In this document: positions 54,122 to 63,738 of the stretch, piece after piece
How positions within the stretch are numbered: the stretch's first letter is position 1
Layout of the letters: each line of letters opens with the position of its first letter
NCBI GenBank assembly: GCA_017388175.1
Contig: JAFOTD010000017.1
Coordinates: forward strand, 14,940 to 78,939
Direction: 5' to 3'
Origin: Clostridia bacterium
Lineage (GTDB): Bacteria > Bacillota > Clostridia > Christensenellales > CAG-138
DNA: 64,000 bases
Translations under genes and position numbers: made by a program
Notes under the pieces: generated by a model
Told to the model about the DNA's origin: nothing
The model's database searches: none
The model's input: only the letters and a program-made list of their open reading frames with translations

Positions 54122-54688
54122 TTATGATTCGATATTCAGTTTTGCGCCGCAATTCCAGCAAATACTTCGATTCCCCGGTTGGACTTCTCCACACGCCGAA
54201 CAGCGGATCTTGCCGCCTTCGACACGTGTTGCAGTTACTGATTCCTTCCCGGTGTTTTCCCGAATTTCCCTCAGAATTGCAGCATCTTGTTCTTTTTTTA
54301 TTTCTGCAGCGCGTTTTTCCTTCTGAATTGCTATTTGTTCAGCTTCGTTCCTTTGACGCAGAATTTTTGAAGCTTCGTTCCCTTTCTTCTTGATGACTAA
54401 TGCGATTAGAGAACTGCATCCGGCAAACACAATCAGTGCAGATACGGCCATCAGAACGTACTTCAGCGTCTTGTCCATATTTTTTTCCAAACCAAAGTTG
54501 ATCATAACAACGACTATGAGCACGGCAAGGAACGGAAACCCCATCAACAGTTTGAAATGTCCCCATCCCTGCGGATCAACTTCTTTCCATGCTTTCATGC
54601 GGTCTCTGCCCGCAAGCGGAATCATCACAATCCATTCTAAAAAAGCACATACTGCCAAAATACCGAATAAGACCAGAGCTGTAACCAT
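54122..54688 (-). CDS. membrane protein with C-terminal zinc ribbon
   Basis: Four TM-like segments, a charged coiled segment, and C-terminal CSACGEVQPGNRSICWNCG. RBS AAGGAG. Confidence 0.5.
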   Translation of the reverse strand: MVTALVLFGILAVCAFLEWIVMIPLAGRDRMKAWKEVDPQGWGHFKLLMGFPFLAVLIVVVMINFGLEKNMDKTLKYVLMAVSALIVFAGCSSLIALVIKKKGNEASKILRQRNEAEQIAIQKEKRAAEIKKEQDAAILREIRENTGKESVTATRVEGGKIRCSACGEVQPGNRSICWNCGAKLNIES

Positions 54689-54707
54689 ATTTTATCTCCT
54701 TAACTAA

Positions 54708-54737
54708 GAAACTGCAAATCCAAGGATTTACAGTTTC
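54708..54737 (-). terminator. long hairpin after etfA (weak U-tract; possible partial terminator or RNA stabiliser)
   Basis: Minus strand reads GAAACTGTAAATCC-tt-GGATTTGCAGTTTC (14-bp stem, one mismatch). Confidence 0.4.
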
Positions 54738-54750
54738 TTTTGTGTTTCTT

Positions 54751-55869
54751 TTATTTCGCCGCTTTGGCAGCGCGGATGGATTCGATCAGCTCCGGAACGA
54801 CCTTGAAGAGGTCGCCCACAATGCCGTAGTCCGCACATTCGAAGATCGGGGCGGTCTCGTTCTTGTTGACCGCAATGATGCATTCGGATTCCTGCATGCC
54901 CGCCTTGTGCTGGATCGCGCCGGAGATGCCGAGCGCGACGTACACCTTCGGATGCACGGTCTTGCCGGTCTGTCCGACCTGATGGTCCGCGCCGATCCAG
55001 CCCGCGTCCACGCAGGCACGGGAAGCGCCGACCACGCCGCCGAGCTCGGAAGCAAGCTCTTCGGCAAGCGCAAGACCCTTTTCGACGTCCTTACTGATGC
55101 CGCGGCCGACGGAGACGATGAAGTCCGCGCCGATCAGATCGACGAGCTTCTTCGCCGCCTTGACGACCTCGACCACTTCGGTCTTGATGTCTTCCGGCTT
55201 CAGATCGAATTCGGGATGGAGAATCTGGGCGGTTCTCGGATTCTCGCGCTTCTTCATAACGCCCGGACGGACCGTCGCCATCGCGGGGCGGAAGCGCGGG
55301 CAGATGATCGACGCCATGAGGTGACCGCCGAATGCCGGACGGGTCATCTTGAGATCGCGCGCGACGGAGTGATCCGCGCCCGCGAGCCGTACGCTCTTGG
55401 TGCGCTCGATGCGATCCTCGGGAAGTGTGGAAGCTTCACGCAGGAAGTTCTGGTAGTTTTCGAGATCGATATCGAGGTGCGTGCAGTCCGCGCAAAGACC
55501 GGTGTGCAGACGAGCTGCGCAGCGCGGCGCGAGGTCTCTGCCGATCGTCGATGCGCCGAACAGGAGGATTTCGGGCTTATACGCCTCAACCGCATCGACG
55601 ATGACCTTGGTGTACGCGTCGGTGGTGAACGTGCCGAGAAGCGGGCTGTTATAGACATAGACCTTGTCCGCGCCGTATTTGCCGAGTTCCGGCGCGATGC
55701 CGTCGACATTGTCGCCGAGCAGAATGCCGCAAAGCTCCACGCCGAGCTCGTCGGCAAGCTTTCTGCCCTCGGAGATAAGTTCGAAGGTGGTCGGCATCAT
55801 TTCGCCGTTGCGCTGTTCACAGAAGACCCAAACGTTCTTGAAGGCTTCGATTTCGCTGCTGTTAAACAT
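54751..55869 (-). CDS. etfA: electron transfer flavoprotein alpha subunit
   Basis: C-terminal FAD domain ...GASRACVDAGWIGADHQVGQTGKTVHPKVYVALGISGAIQHKAGM. Confidence 0.9.
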   Translation of the reverse strand: MFNSSEIEAFKNVWVFCEQRNGEMMPTTFELISEGRKLADELGVELCGILLGDNVDGIAPELGKYGADKVYVYNSPLLGTFTTDAYTKVIVDAVEAYKPEILLFGASTIGRDLAPRCAARLHTGLCADCTHLDIDLENYQNFLREASTLPEDRIERTKSVRLAGADHSVARDLKMTRPAFGGHLMASIICPRFRPAMATVRPGVMKKRENPRTAQILHPEFDLKPEDIKTEVVEVVKAAKKLVDLIGADFIVSVGRGISKDVEKGLALAEELASELGGVVGASRACVDAGWIGADHQVGQTGKTVHPKVYVALGISGAIQHKAGMQESECIIAVNKNETAPIFECADYGIVGDLFKVVPELIESIRAAKAAK

Positions 55870-55887
55870 GATTCCGTTCCCCCTTCC

Positions 55888-56688
55888 TCAAATAATGTGC
55901 TTCGCGGCTAAGATCCCCGCGAGCTTGTCGGTCGTTTCCTTGCCGTCGCCTTCGAGCATCATGCCCGCGCCCTTTTGCGGCGGCGTGAACGACGTCAGAA
56001 TGTTCGTCGGCGAGCCCAGAAGACCGATCGTGGACTTGTCGATCAGCGGATGATCCTTCAGCGTTTCGTAGGTCATCGTGATCACTTCTTTCTGATAGCA
56101 GTCGAAGATGCCGCCGATGTTCATATAACGCGGCTGATTCAATTCCTTGATGCAGGTGATCATGCAGGGCGTCTGCACCTTCACCGTCATGTAGCCGTCC
56201 TCAAGGATACGCTTGACGGTCAGGGTGTTGCCGTCTTTTTTGATCTCGCCTGCGTAGGTGACCTGCGGCAGATGCAGCTTTTCCGCGATCTGCGGACCGA
56301 CCTGCGCGGTGTCGCCGTCGATCGCCTGACGTCCCGCAAGGATGATATCCTCGGGTTCCACGCCGTAGGTGTCGATCGCCGCCGCGATAATCTGGCTCGT
56401 GGCGTAGGTATCGGAGCCGCCGAACTCGCGCGCGGTGATGAGAACGCCCTCGTCCACGCCCATTGCCATGAGCTCGCGGAGCATGCCTTCCGCGGGCGGC
56501 GGTCCCATCGTGAACGCAACGACCTTGCAGCCGAGCTCATCCTTTAAGGTCAGCGCCGCTTCGACCGCGTTCATGTCGTCGGGGTTGATGATCGTCTGCA
56601 TGGACGCACGGTCCAGCGTGCCGTCCGGGTTGACGGCGACCGTACCGGAGGTATCGGGAACCTGCTTTACCGTAACAAAAATCTTCAT
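55888..56688 (-). CDS. etfB: electron transfer flavoprotein beta subunit
   Basis: MKIFVTVKQVPDTSGTVAVNPDGTLDRASMQTIINPDDMNAVEAAL. Confidence 0.9.
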   Translation of the reverse strand: MKIFVTVKQVPDTSGTVAVNPDGTLDRASMQTIINPDDMNAVEAALTLKDELGCKVVAFTMGPPPAEGMLRELMAMGVDEGVLITAREFGGSDTYATSQIIAAAIDTYGVEPEDIILAGRQAIDGDTAQVGPQIAEKLHLPQVTYAGEIKKDGNTLTVKRILEDGYMTVKVQTPCMITCIKELNQPRYMNIGGIFDCYQKEVITMTYETLKDHPLIDKSTIGLLGSPTNILTSFTPPQKGAGMMLEGDGKETTDKLAGILAAKHII

Positions 56689-56703
56689 GTCCTCTGCCCT
56701 CCT

Positions 56704-57846
56704 TTACTTCACGCCGAGGTTTGCGGCGATGACCATGCGCTGGACCTCGCTCGTGCCCTCGTAGATCTCGGTGATCTTCGCGTCGCGCATCATGCGCTCC
56801 ACGGGATATTCACGGGTGTAGCCGTAGCCGCCGAACAGCTGCACGGCTCTGCGCGTCACGTCGGACGCGGCTTCCGCGGCGAACAGCTTTGCCATGGCCG
56901 CTTCCATACTGCAGCGCTCGTGCGCCTGTTTCTTCAGCGCGGCGTTATAAACGAGGAACTGTGCCGCCTGCATGCGGGTGTGCATGTCGGCAAGCTGGAA
57001 CTGCGTGTTCTGGAAGGAACTGATGCGCTTTTTGAACTGCACGCGCTCCTTCGTGTACTTGATCGCCTCGTCGATCGCGCCTTCGCCGATGCCAAGCGCC
57101 TGCGCCGCGATGCCGATTCTGCCGCCGTCGAGCGTTGCCATCGCGATCTTGAAGCCCGCGCCTTCCTTGCCCAAAAGGTTCTCTTTCGGAACGATGCAGT
57201 CCTCGAAGATCAGGTCGCAGGTCGAGCTTCCGCGAATGCCCATCTTCTTCTCATGCTTGCCCTGCGAGAAGCCCGGAAAGCCCTTTTCCACGATGAACGC
57301 GGAGATTCCGCGGTTGCCGAGCTTTGCGTCGGTCATGGCGAACACGACGAACGTATCCGCCACGCTGCCGTTGGTGATAAAGCACTTAGAGCCGTTCAGC
57401 ACGTAATGATCGCCGACGAGCACCGCCGTGGTCTGCTGGCCGGATGCGTCGGTACCGGCGTTCGGCTCGGTGAGACCGAATGCGCCGATCTTTCTGCCGG
57501 AGAGCAGATCCGGGAGATACTTGCGCTTCTGTTCCTCGGTGCCGTTCTCGAAAATCGGCGCGCAGCACAGCGAGGTATGCGCGGAAACGATGACCGCCGT
57601 GGTGCCGCAGACCTTTGCGAGCTCCTCAACCGTGATCGCGTAGCTCAAAACGTCGCCGCCCGCTCCGCCGTACTCTTTCGGGAAGTAGATGCCCATCATG
57701 CCGAGCTTCGCCATCTTTTCGACGGTCTCCATGGGGAAACGTTCTTCCTCATCGATTTCGGCCGCGATCGGCTTCACTTCGTTCTCTGCAAATTCGCGTA
57801 CCATCTTGCGAACCAGCAGTTGTTCCTTCGTCAGACGAAAATCCAT
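56704..57846 (-). CDS. bcd: butyryl-CoA dehydrogenase (short-chain acyl-CoA dehydrogenase)
   Basis: 380 aa. MDFRLTKEQLLVRKMVREFAENEVKPIAAEIDEEERFP...FGLTEPNAGTDASG...YEGTSEVQRMVIA. Confidence 0.9.
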   Translation of the reverse strand: MDFRLTKEQLLVRKMVREFAENEVKPIAAEIDEEERFPMETVEKMAKLGMMGIYFPKEYGGAGGDVLSYAITVEELAKVCGTTAVIVSAHTSLCCAPIFENGTEEQKRKYLPDLLSGRKIGAFGLTEPNAGTDASGQQTTAVLVGDHYVLNGSKCFITNGSVADTFVVFAMTDAKLGNRGISAFIVEKGFPGFSQGKHEKKMGIRGSSTCDLIFEDCIVPKENLLGKEGAGFKIAMATLDGGRIGIAAQALGIGEGAIDEAIKYTKERVQFKKRISSFQNTQFQLADMHTRMQAAQFLVYNAALKKQAHERCSMEAAMAKLFAAEAASDVTRRAVQLFGGYGYTREYPVERMMRDAKITEIYEGTSEVQRMVIAANLGVK

Positions 57847-57863
57847 TCTTATTCTCCTTTAAA

Positions 57864-58700
57864 TTACTTGTTGTACTTGAAGAAGCCTTCGCCGGTCTTG
57901 ATACCGAGCTTGCCCGCGCGGACCATCTTGCGGATCAGGACGTTTGCGCGGTACTTCGAATCATGCGTTTCGTTGTAGAGCACGTCCATGATGTTCAGCA
58001 CGACGTCCCAGCCGATCAGGTCGCCGAGGTGCAGCGGTCCCATCGGATGGTTGCAGCCGAGCTGCATCGCAATGTCGATGTCCTCCGCACTCGCCACGCC
58101 CTCCTGCAGCACGCAGACGCCTTCGTTGCAGTACGGGATCAGGATCTTGTTGACGACAAAGCCCGGAGCCTCGTTGACGACGACCGGCGTTTTGCCGATC
58201 TCGACACAGAGATTCTTCGTCCACTCGATGAGCTCGGTCGGCGTATTTGCGCCGGCGATAACTTCGACGAGCTTCATTGCGGGAACCGGATTGAAGAAGT
58301 GCATGCCGACCATCGGATGCATGAGACCCTTCGCCATTTCGGTGATCGACAGCGAGGAGGTGTTCGTCGCAAAAACGGTCTCTTCCTTGCAGAGCGTGTC
58401 AAGACGGGCAAGCAGTTCCTTTTTGACCGCCATGTTTTCCGCAACGCACTCGATCACGAGATCCGCGTCCGCAGCCGCCGCGACTTCCTCAACCAGAATG
58501 CGGCTCATGAGATCGTCCGCCGCTTCCTGCGTCATCTTGCCTTTTGCAACGCGCTTTGCAAGCGACGCCGCGAGCTTGTCCTTATGCCGCTGCGCGCTCT
58601 CCACGCTCGTCGCGTACAGAAGCGCGGTGTGTCCGTTTGCCGAAAAGACCTGCGCGATGCCGCTGCCCATCGTTCCTGCGCCGAAAATTGCAACCTTCAT
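57864..58700 (-). CDS. hbd: 3-hydroxybutyryl-CoA dehydrogenase
   Basis: MKVAIFGAGTMGSGIAQVF...NTSSLSITE...GMHFFNPVPAMKLVE...PGFVVNKILIP. Confidence 0.9.
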   Translation of the reverse strand: MKVAIFGAGTMGSGIAQVFSANGHTALLYATSVESAQRHKDKLAASLAKRVAKGKMTQEAADDLMSRILVEEVAAAADADLVIECVAENMAVKKELLARLDTLCKEETVFATNTSSLSITEMAKGLMHPMVGMHFFNPVPAMKLVEVIAGANTPTELIEWTKNLCVEIGKTPVVVNEAPGFVVNKILIPYCNEGVCVLQEGVASAEDIDIAMQLGCNHPMGPLHLGDLIGWDVVLNIMDVLYNETHDSKYRANVLIRKMVRAGKLGIKTGEGFFKYNK

Positions 58701-58753
58701 GTTTTGTTCCTCCTGAGTTGATTTTTATAAATGATCCGGACCCTGTCCGATGA

Positions 58754-59533
58754 TTACCGGTTCTGATACGGTTCGTGCTTGCGTTTTTCCAGAAACGCGC
58801 ACATGCCTTCTTTTTGATCTTCGCTCTCAAAGCAGCCGCCGAACAGCTTTTCTTCCAGGACGATCGCCTCGTCCATCGACAGCTCAAGTCCCTCGTTGAT
58901 CGCCCGCTTGCACGCGCGCACCGCGATCGGCGCGTTTTTTGCGATCGTTTCCGCAAGCTTTTCCGCCGCGGGCATCAGCTCTTCCGCCGGGTACACCGCG
59001 TTGACAAGCCCGACGCGCAGCGCTTCGTCCGCCTTGATGTTGCGCGCGGAGAAGATCATCTGCTTTGCCATGCCCGGTCCGACGAGACGCGCAAGCCGCT
59101 GCGTGCCGCCGAAGCCCGGCGTGATGCCGAGACCCGTTTCCGGCTGACCGAACACGGCGGAGTCGGAGCAGATGCGGATGTCGCATGCCATCGAAAGCTC
59201 GCATCCGCCGCCCAAAGCGTAGCCGTTCACCGCAGCGATCACCGGGATCGGCATGGTTTCGAGCCTGCGGAACACGTCGTTGCCCTTTTTCCCGAACGCT
59301 TCGCCCTCCGCTTTCGTGAGCGTCGACATTTCGCCGATATCCGCGCCGGCGACGAACGCCTTTTCGCCGCTGCCGGTGAGAATCAGCGCGCGGATCTCCG
59401 GATCCGCCTCAACGGTATCGATCAGCGTATTCAGATCTTCCAGCACTTCGGAGTTCAGCGCGTTCAGCGCCTTGGGACGGTTGATCGCGGCGATCGCGAT
59501 CTGCCCTTTCTTTTCCAGCAAAATATGCGTCAT
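58754..59533 (-). CDS. crt: short-chain enoyl-CoA hydratase (crotonase)
   Basis: IAAINRPKALNALN...LILTGSGEKAFVAGADI...AAVNGYALGGGCELSMACD. Confidence 0.9.
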   Translation of the reverse strand: MTHILLEKKGQIAIAAINRPKALNALNSEVLEDLNTLIDTVEADPEIRALILTGSGEKAFVAGADIGEMSTLTKAEGEAFGKKGNDVFRRLETMPIPVIAAVNGYALGGGCELSMACDIRICSDSAVFGQPETGLGITPGFGGTQRLARLVGPGMAKQMIFSARNIKADEALRVGLVNAVYPAEELMPAAEKLAETIAKNAPIAVRACKRAINEGLELSMDEAIVLEEKLFGGCFESEDQKEGMCAFLEKRKHEPYQNR

Positions 59534-59593
59534 GATGATCCTCCGTGAAACGGTTTACCCGTAATCGGGCAGTTTATACTTTATAACAATATG

Positions 59594-59622
59594 ATTATAA
59601 ACTATTTTCGTATACTTATCAA
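59594..59622 (-). promoter_or_regulatory. consensus-like promoter of the crt-hbd-bcd-etfBA operon
   Basis: Minus strand reads TTGATA-N17-TATAAT, about 60 nt upstream of the crt ATG. Confidence 0.6.
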
Positions 59623-59727
59623 GCCCGATTCCGGCATTCGGAACATCGTATATTATTTGGTTTCTGTTTACGACTCGCCGGTGCTGTGCTATAATCACGT
59701 TCGGATAAAATGACGCATGAGGCACGC

Positions 59728-60630
59728 ATGGAAAGCAACAAACGCAATTCAAAGAAGATCCTCGCGCACGTCTTTGCGCTGTTCTCCATTATCGTTTGGG
59801 GCAGTTGCTACGTGCTGACAAAAAACCTGCTCGCGGCAGGCTTTACCGCGCTGCAGATTACGCCGATCCGCATGGCGCTTGCCTACGTTGTGCTGCTTGT
59901 CATGCGTCCGAAGTTCCGGAGGCTTTCGTGGAAGGATGAGCTGATGTTCGTGCTGATCGGGATCTTCGGCGGCAGCGTCTATTTTTTCCTGCAGAACACC
60001 GCCCTGACCTATACGTACGCCGCCAACGTCAGCATCATCGTGTGCCTTTCCCCGATCTTTACGGCCGTTCTCGCCGTGATCTTTTCCCGCGGGAACGAAC
60101 GGCTCGGGAAGTTTCTGCTGTTCGGCTCCGTTCTTGCGATCGCGGGCGTAGTGCTCGTGGTGTTAAACGGCAGCCTGAACTTTCATCTGAGCCCCGTCGG
60201 CGATCTATTAGCGCTTGCGGCCGGTATTTCATGGGCGGTCTATTCGATCCTGATCAAGCCGTATACGGAAACCATGGACGGTTTCCTCGTGACGCGGCGC
60301 GTCATGTTCTGGGCGTTTTTGACCTCGATCCCGCTGATGCTGCTCTCCGACGGCATGCCGAACCTTGCGCCGCTGTTTGCGGAAACGAAGGTGCTTTTCA
60401 GCTGGCTGTTCCTCGGGATCTTAGGCAACGCGGTCTGCTTTGCGCTCTGGAACGTCGCCTTCAAGGAGCTCGGCGTGGTCGTAACGAACAACTATCTCTA
60501 CGGCTCGCCGTTCGTCACGCTGATCGTGGGCTTTCTGCTCCTCAATGAACCGATCTCATGGATGGGCGTCGTCGGCGCGGTTCTGATCACGGCGGGCGTG
60601 ATCTTAGCGCAGCGGGATAAGCGGGCGTAG
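59728..60630 (+). CDS. DMT-superfamily (EamA-type) transporter
   Basis: Ten TM-like segments and two EamA halves. The track start at 59710 lies only about 15 nt after a TGcTATAAT -10 element; ATG 59728 follows GAGG. Confidence 0.75.
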   Translation: MESNKRNSKKILAHVFALFSIIVWGSCYVLTKNLLAAGFTALQITPIRMALAYVVLLVMRPKFRRLSWKDELMFVLIGIFGGSVYFFLQNTALTYTYAANVSIIVCLSPIFTAVLAVIFSRGNERLGKFLLFGSVLAIAGVVLVVLNGSLNFHLSPVGDLLALAAGISWAVYSILIKPYTETMDGFLVTRRVMFWAFLTSIPLMLLSDGMPNLAPLFAETKVLFSWLFLGILGNAVCFALWNVAFKELGVVVTNNYLYGSPFVTLIVGFLLLNEPISWMGVVGAVLITAGVILAQRDKRA

Positions 60631-60662
60631 CCCGGTCGCGGCGGCATATCGTTCATAAACGC

Positions 60663-60692
60663 AAAAAGGCTGTGATCGCGCACAGCCTTTTT
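60663..60692. terminator. bidirectional intrinsic terminator between convergent genes
   Basis: AAAAAGGCTGTG-atcgcg-CACAGCCTTTTT. Confidence 0.75.
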
Positions 60693-60706
60693 GTATTATT
60701 ATTCTG

Positions 60707-61705
60707 TTATTTATCCAGCACTTCCACCTGAATGGGCTTTGCGGCTTCTTCCATGGCGGCAAGCTCGTCCGGAGTGAGGACGAGATCGAGGCACTTTGCG
60801 TTATCGGCTACGTTTGCGGGTTTCCGCATACCGACTAAAAGGCTCATGTTCGGATATTGTTTGAGCGCCCACGCTTCAAACAGCTGCGGGAAGCTGCAGC
60901 CGTGCGCTTCGCGGATCGGCTCCCAGATCTCGAACGCTTCCCGGAGGCCCGTCTTGTATTCGGGCTGCACCCACGGAATGCGGGAGCGGATGTCGGTCTT
61001 TCGGAACGTGCGTTCCATAAACGCGGGCGAGGTCAGAAAGCCCTCCTCCAAAACGCCGTACGTCTGGAACGTCGCGCCGTATTTTTTGCATTCCGGAAAA
61101 TAATCCCGTCCGTGGAACGGACTTAAAATACTGAAAAACTCCTGCACCGTATCGACGTGTCCGCCGGCGTTCTGATAGTCCGCAAGGTCTTTCGGTTGGC
61201 TGTTGCTGAGTCCGTATGCGCGGATCTTTCCCTGCTCTTTCAAGCGTTCCAGCGCTTCGACCGTGTCGCAGACCGGAAAGCTTTTGCATACGTAATGCAC
61301 GATCACCGAATCCAGATAGTCGGTCTCTAAGCGGCGCAGAGAATCCTCGACGTCGCGCGCGATCGCTTCGGGTCTTGTGTCGTTGTTGACCGTATAGCCG
61401 TCGCGAGAGTAGTGAAAATTGCCGCCTTCATTGCGCCAGTTTAAGGAGCATTTCGTCTGCAGAACAAAGTCGTGCCGGCGGCCCTTCAGCGCTTCGCCCA
61501 AAAGCCGTTCGCTTTCGCCCGTGCCGTAGACCGGAGCGGTGTCGATATAATTGACGCCGTATTCTTTGCAGGCGGAAAGAAGATTCTTCGCCTCCGCTTC
61601 GGTCGAATCATGGTCCGACCACACGCTGCCGCCTCCGAGTCCCCACGTGCCGAGCGCAACCAAAGAGACGGAGAGATCGCTGTTCCCGAGTTTTCGATAC
61701 TGCAT
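60707..61705 (-). CDS. aldo/keto reductase family oxidoreductase
   Basis: MQYRKLGNSDLSVSLVALGTWGLGG...NYIDTAPVYGTGESERLLGEAL. The track start at 61786 is TTG with a 27-aa extension. The internal ATG position is taken from ORF-track arithmetic and is accurate to about 1 nt. Confidence 0.8.
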   Translation of the reverse strand: MQYRKLGNSDLSVSLVALGTWGLGGGSVWSDHDSTEAEAKNLLSACKEYGVNYIDTAPVYGTGESERLLGEALKGRRHDFVLQTKCSLNWRNEGGNFHYSRDGYTVNNDTRPEAIARDVEDSLRRLETDYLDSVIVHYVCKSFPVCDTVEALERLKEQGKIRAYGLSNSQPKDLADYQNAGGHVDTVQEFFSILSPFHGRDYFPECKKYGATFQTYGVLEEGFLTSPAFMERTFRKTDIRSRIPWVQPEYKTGLREAFEIWEPIREAHGCSFPQLFEAWALKQYPNMSLLVGMRKPANVADNAKCLDLVLTPDELAAMEEAAKPIQVEVLDK

Positions 61706-61715
61706 AGGTTCCTCC

Positions 61716-62651
61716 TCAGTCGAGATTGAAATCGTTAACGTCGTCGATGGATTCGCCGCCGATACCGGGACCGACGCGACCCGCAATCAGATAGCAATGC
61801 TCGATCGGATCAAACACAATGCGATGCAGCAGGCGAAACTCCTCGACCTTGCCGGTGCTCGAAACGTGCGTGCGCGGACCGGTGCAGGGATGCACGATGT
61901 CGCCGATGCGCACATGTTCATCGTCCACGTAGGTGATCGGAAGGTCGGATGCGATCGCGGTGCTGACCTTCAGTTCGAGCTCGTCGAGGTCTACATCCGG
62001 CGCTTTTTCGTCGAACGCGAGCAAAAATCCGTGCTTGATATCGCGATGCCGCGCGCGCTTGTATTCCTCCTCCGGCAGAAAGATCTCGCAAAGATCCTCG
62101 GCGGTATGCGCCATACGACGGTAGCCGATCGATTTTGCGACCTTGTCGTGAAGTTCCTCGGGCATCGGCCCGAAGATCGTGGGACGCGATACGATGATCT
62201 CGTCGCCGACGCCGATCATTAGATCGGCGTTGCGTTCGTTCAAGAACGGATAGAGCATATCAAAATGCTCGACGATCACGCGCTTGCCCTTTTTGATCGC
62301 GTCAAGAACCGCCTCCGCAAGCGTTCCCATCTGCGTAAACGCCGCCTCGAAGCGCACGTCGAGATGATAGGTATGCGCGGTAAAAAAGCCGGAGCCCTCG
62401 AGATCGAGGATCGGCAGCGGGCGCACGTTCACGCCGTCGTCGTCGTTTGTCAGCTCCAGTCCCGGGAACATGCCCTTGATCAGCATGCTCTTGCCGGAAC
62501 CGGCTTCGCCGATGATGCCGATCAGCTTATCGAACGGCGACAGATACAACTGCGCGATCTGCATGCCGAGATCGTACATGCGGTCGCGTCCGCGCGGCGC
62601 AAAAAACACGCTGTAATAGTGGCTCTGCTGCATTCTACCCGAATACGACAT
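61716..62651 (-). CDS. P-loop NTPase fused to a degenerate tRNA-synthetase SAD/AlaX-like domain (function unknown)
   Basis: Walker A IGEAGSGKS. The C-terminal half has MAHTAEDL (compare SAD HxxxH, second His lost) and HPCTGPRTHV (compare SAD CxxxH). ATG 62651 follows AGGAGG by 7 nt. Confidence 0.5.
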   Translation of the reverse strand: MSYSGRMQQSHYYSVFFAPRGRDRMYDLGMQIAQLYLSPFDKLIGIIGEAGSGKSMLIKGMFPGLELTNDDDGVNVRPLPILDLEGSGFFTAHTYHLDVRFEAAFTQMGTLAEAVLDAIKKGKRVIVEHFDMLYPFLNERNADLMIGVGDEIIVSRPTIFGPMPEELHDKVAKSIGYRRMAHTAEDLCEIFLPEEEYKRARHRDIKHGFLLAFDEKAPDVDLDELELKVSTAIASDLPITYVDDEHVRIGDIVHPCTGPRTHVSSTGKVEEFRLLHRIVFDPIEHCYLIAGRVGPGIGGESIDDVNDFNLD

Positions 62652-62856
62652 GGACGTTCCTCCTGCTTGTAATTGCGCTTTCATTATAATACACCTTTCC
62701 GCTTTTCTCAACGGGCAAACACTTTATATTTTCCGAAACGGGCATCTGTTTCCGGGTTTTTCACCGCAGCTTATTGAATGTTTCGGCATTCGGCGTTATA
62801 ATAGAGTCGGTTTTCGGGGATTCGTTTCCCCGCACTAAACATTTTCGGAGGGGACT

Positions 62857-63738
62857 ATGCGAAGAAGCATGCTCTTTTTGCCGGGCAACGCGCCGAACAT
62901 GATCATCAACGGCGATTCACTCGGCGCAGACAGCATCATTTTGGACCTTGAGGACGCCGTTTCGCCGGACGAAAAGGACGCGGCGCGGCTGCTCGTGAAA
63001 AACGCGATTCAGGAGATGGGATTTATCGGCGTGGAGGTCACGGTACGCATCAACGCGATCGACACTGCCTACTGGAAGGACGATCTCGATGCGATCGTGC
63101 CGTTAAAGCCCGATCTCATCATGCCGCCGAAGGCTTCAAGCGCCGAGGATATGCGAACGCTCGACGCGTACATCGCGGAGGTTGAAGCGCGTTCGAACAT
63201 TCCGGTCGGCACGATCCGGCTGATTCCGCTGATCGAAACGGCTCTGGGCGTAGAGCGCGCGTTTGAAATCGCCTCCGCCTGCCCGCGCGTGACCGCGCTG
63301 TTTTTGGGCGGCGAGGACCTGACGGCCGACCTTCGCTGCAAGCGCACCAAAGGCGGCAACGAGATCGACTACGCAAGAAAGCGCCTCGTCTGCGCGGCAA
63401 GAGCCGCCGGGATCGACGTTTACGACACGCCGTTTACCGACGTGAACGACGACGAGGGCATCGTCGTCGACGCGGAATACGCAAAGAGCCTCGGCTTTAC
63501 CGGAAAGAGTGCGATCGCGCCGCGGCACGTGCGCACGATCAACGAGGTTTTCAGCCCGTCGATGGCGGATATTGAATACGCAAAGCTCGTGTTCGAAGCG
63601 ATCCGCATCGGCAAGCTGCAGGGCAAAGGCGCGGTTTCCTTGCGCGGGAAGATGATCGACAAGCCGATCGTGGAGCGTGCAAGACAGACGCTCGAAGCGG
63701 CAAAACAGCTCGGCATCGGAGGAATCGAAGATGAATAA
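62857..63738 (+). CDS. citE: citrate lyase beta subunit-like (CitE/HpcH-family acyl-CoA lyase)
   Basis: MRRSMLFLPGNAPNMIINGDSLGADSIILDLEDAV...LIPLIETA...FLGGEDLTADL. Confidence 0.8.
   Translation: MRRSMLFLPGNAPNMIINGDSLGADSIILDLEDAVSPDEKDAARLLVKNAIQEMGFIGVEVTVRINAIDTAYWKDDLDAIVPLKPDLIMPPKASSAEDMRTLDAYIAEVEARSNIPVGTIRLIPLIETALGVERAFEIASACPRVTALFLGGEDLTADLRCKRTKGGNEIDYARKRLVCAARAAGIDVYDTPFTDVNDDEGIVVDAEYAKSLGFTGKSAIAPRHVRTINEVFSPSMADIEYAKLVFEAIRIGKLQGKGAVSLRGKMIDKPIVERARQTLEAAKQLGIGGIEDE

Noticed and set aside
52330-54688. Two zinc-ribbon membrane proteins flanking an AraC/GyrI regulator, considered as a possible sensing or defence module.
   Set aside because: Both are small, low-information proteins of very common types with no enzymatic domains, and the genes are separated by normal intergenic regions. 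The evidence is insufficient for a system.
59572-59589. Possible Rex (redox repressor) operator TTGTTATAAAGTATAAAC just downstream of the crt promoter.
   Set aside because: Only the left half-site (TTGTTA) resembles the clostridial Rex consensus TTGTTAAnnnnTTAACAA. The right half is poor, so I do not call it without a position-weight-matrix score.
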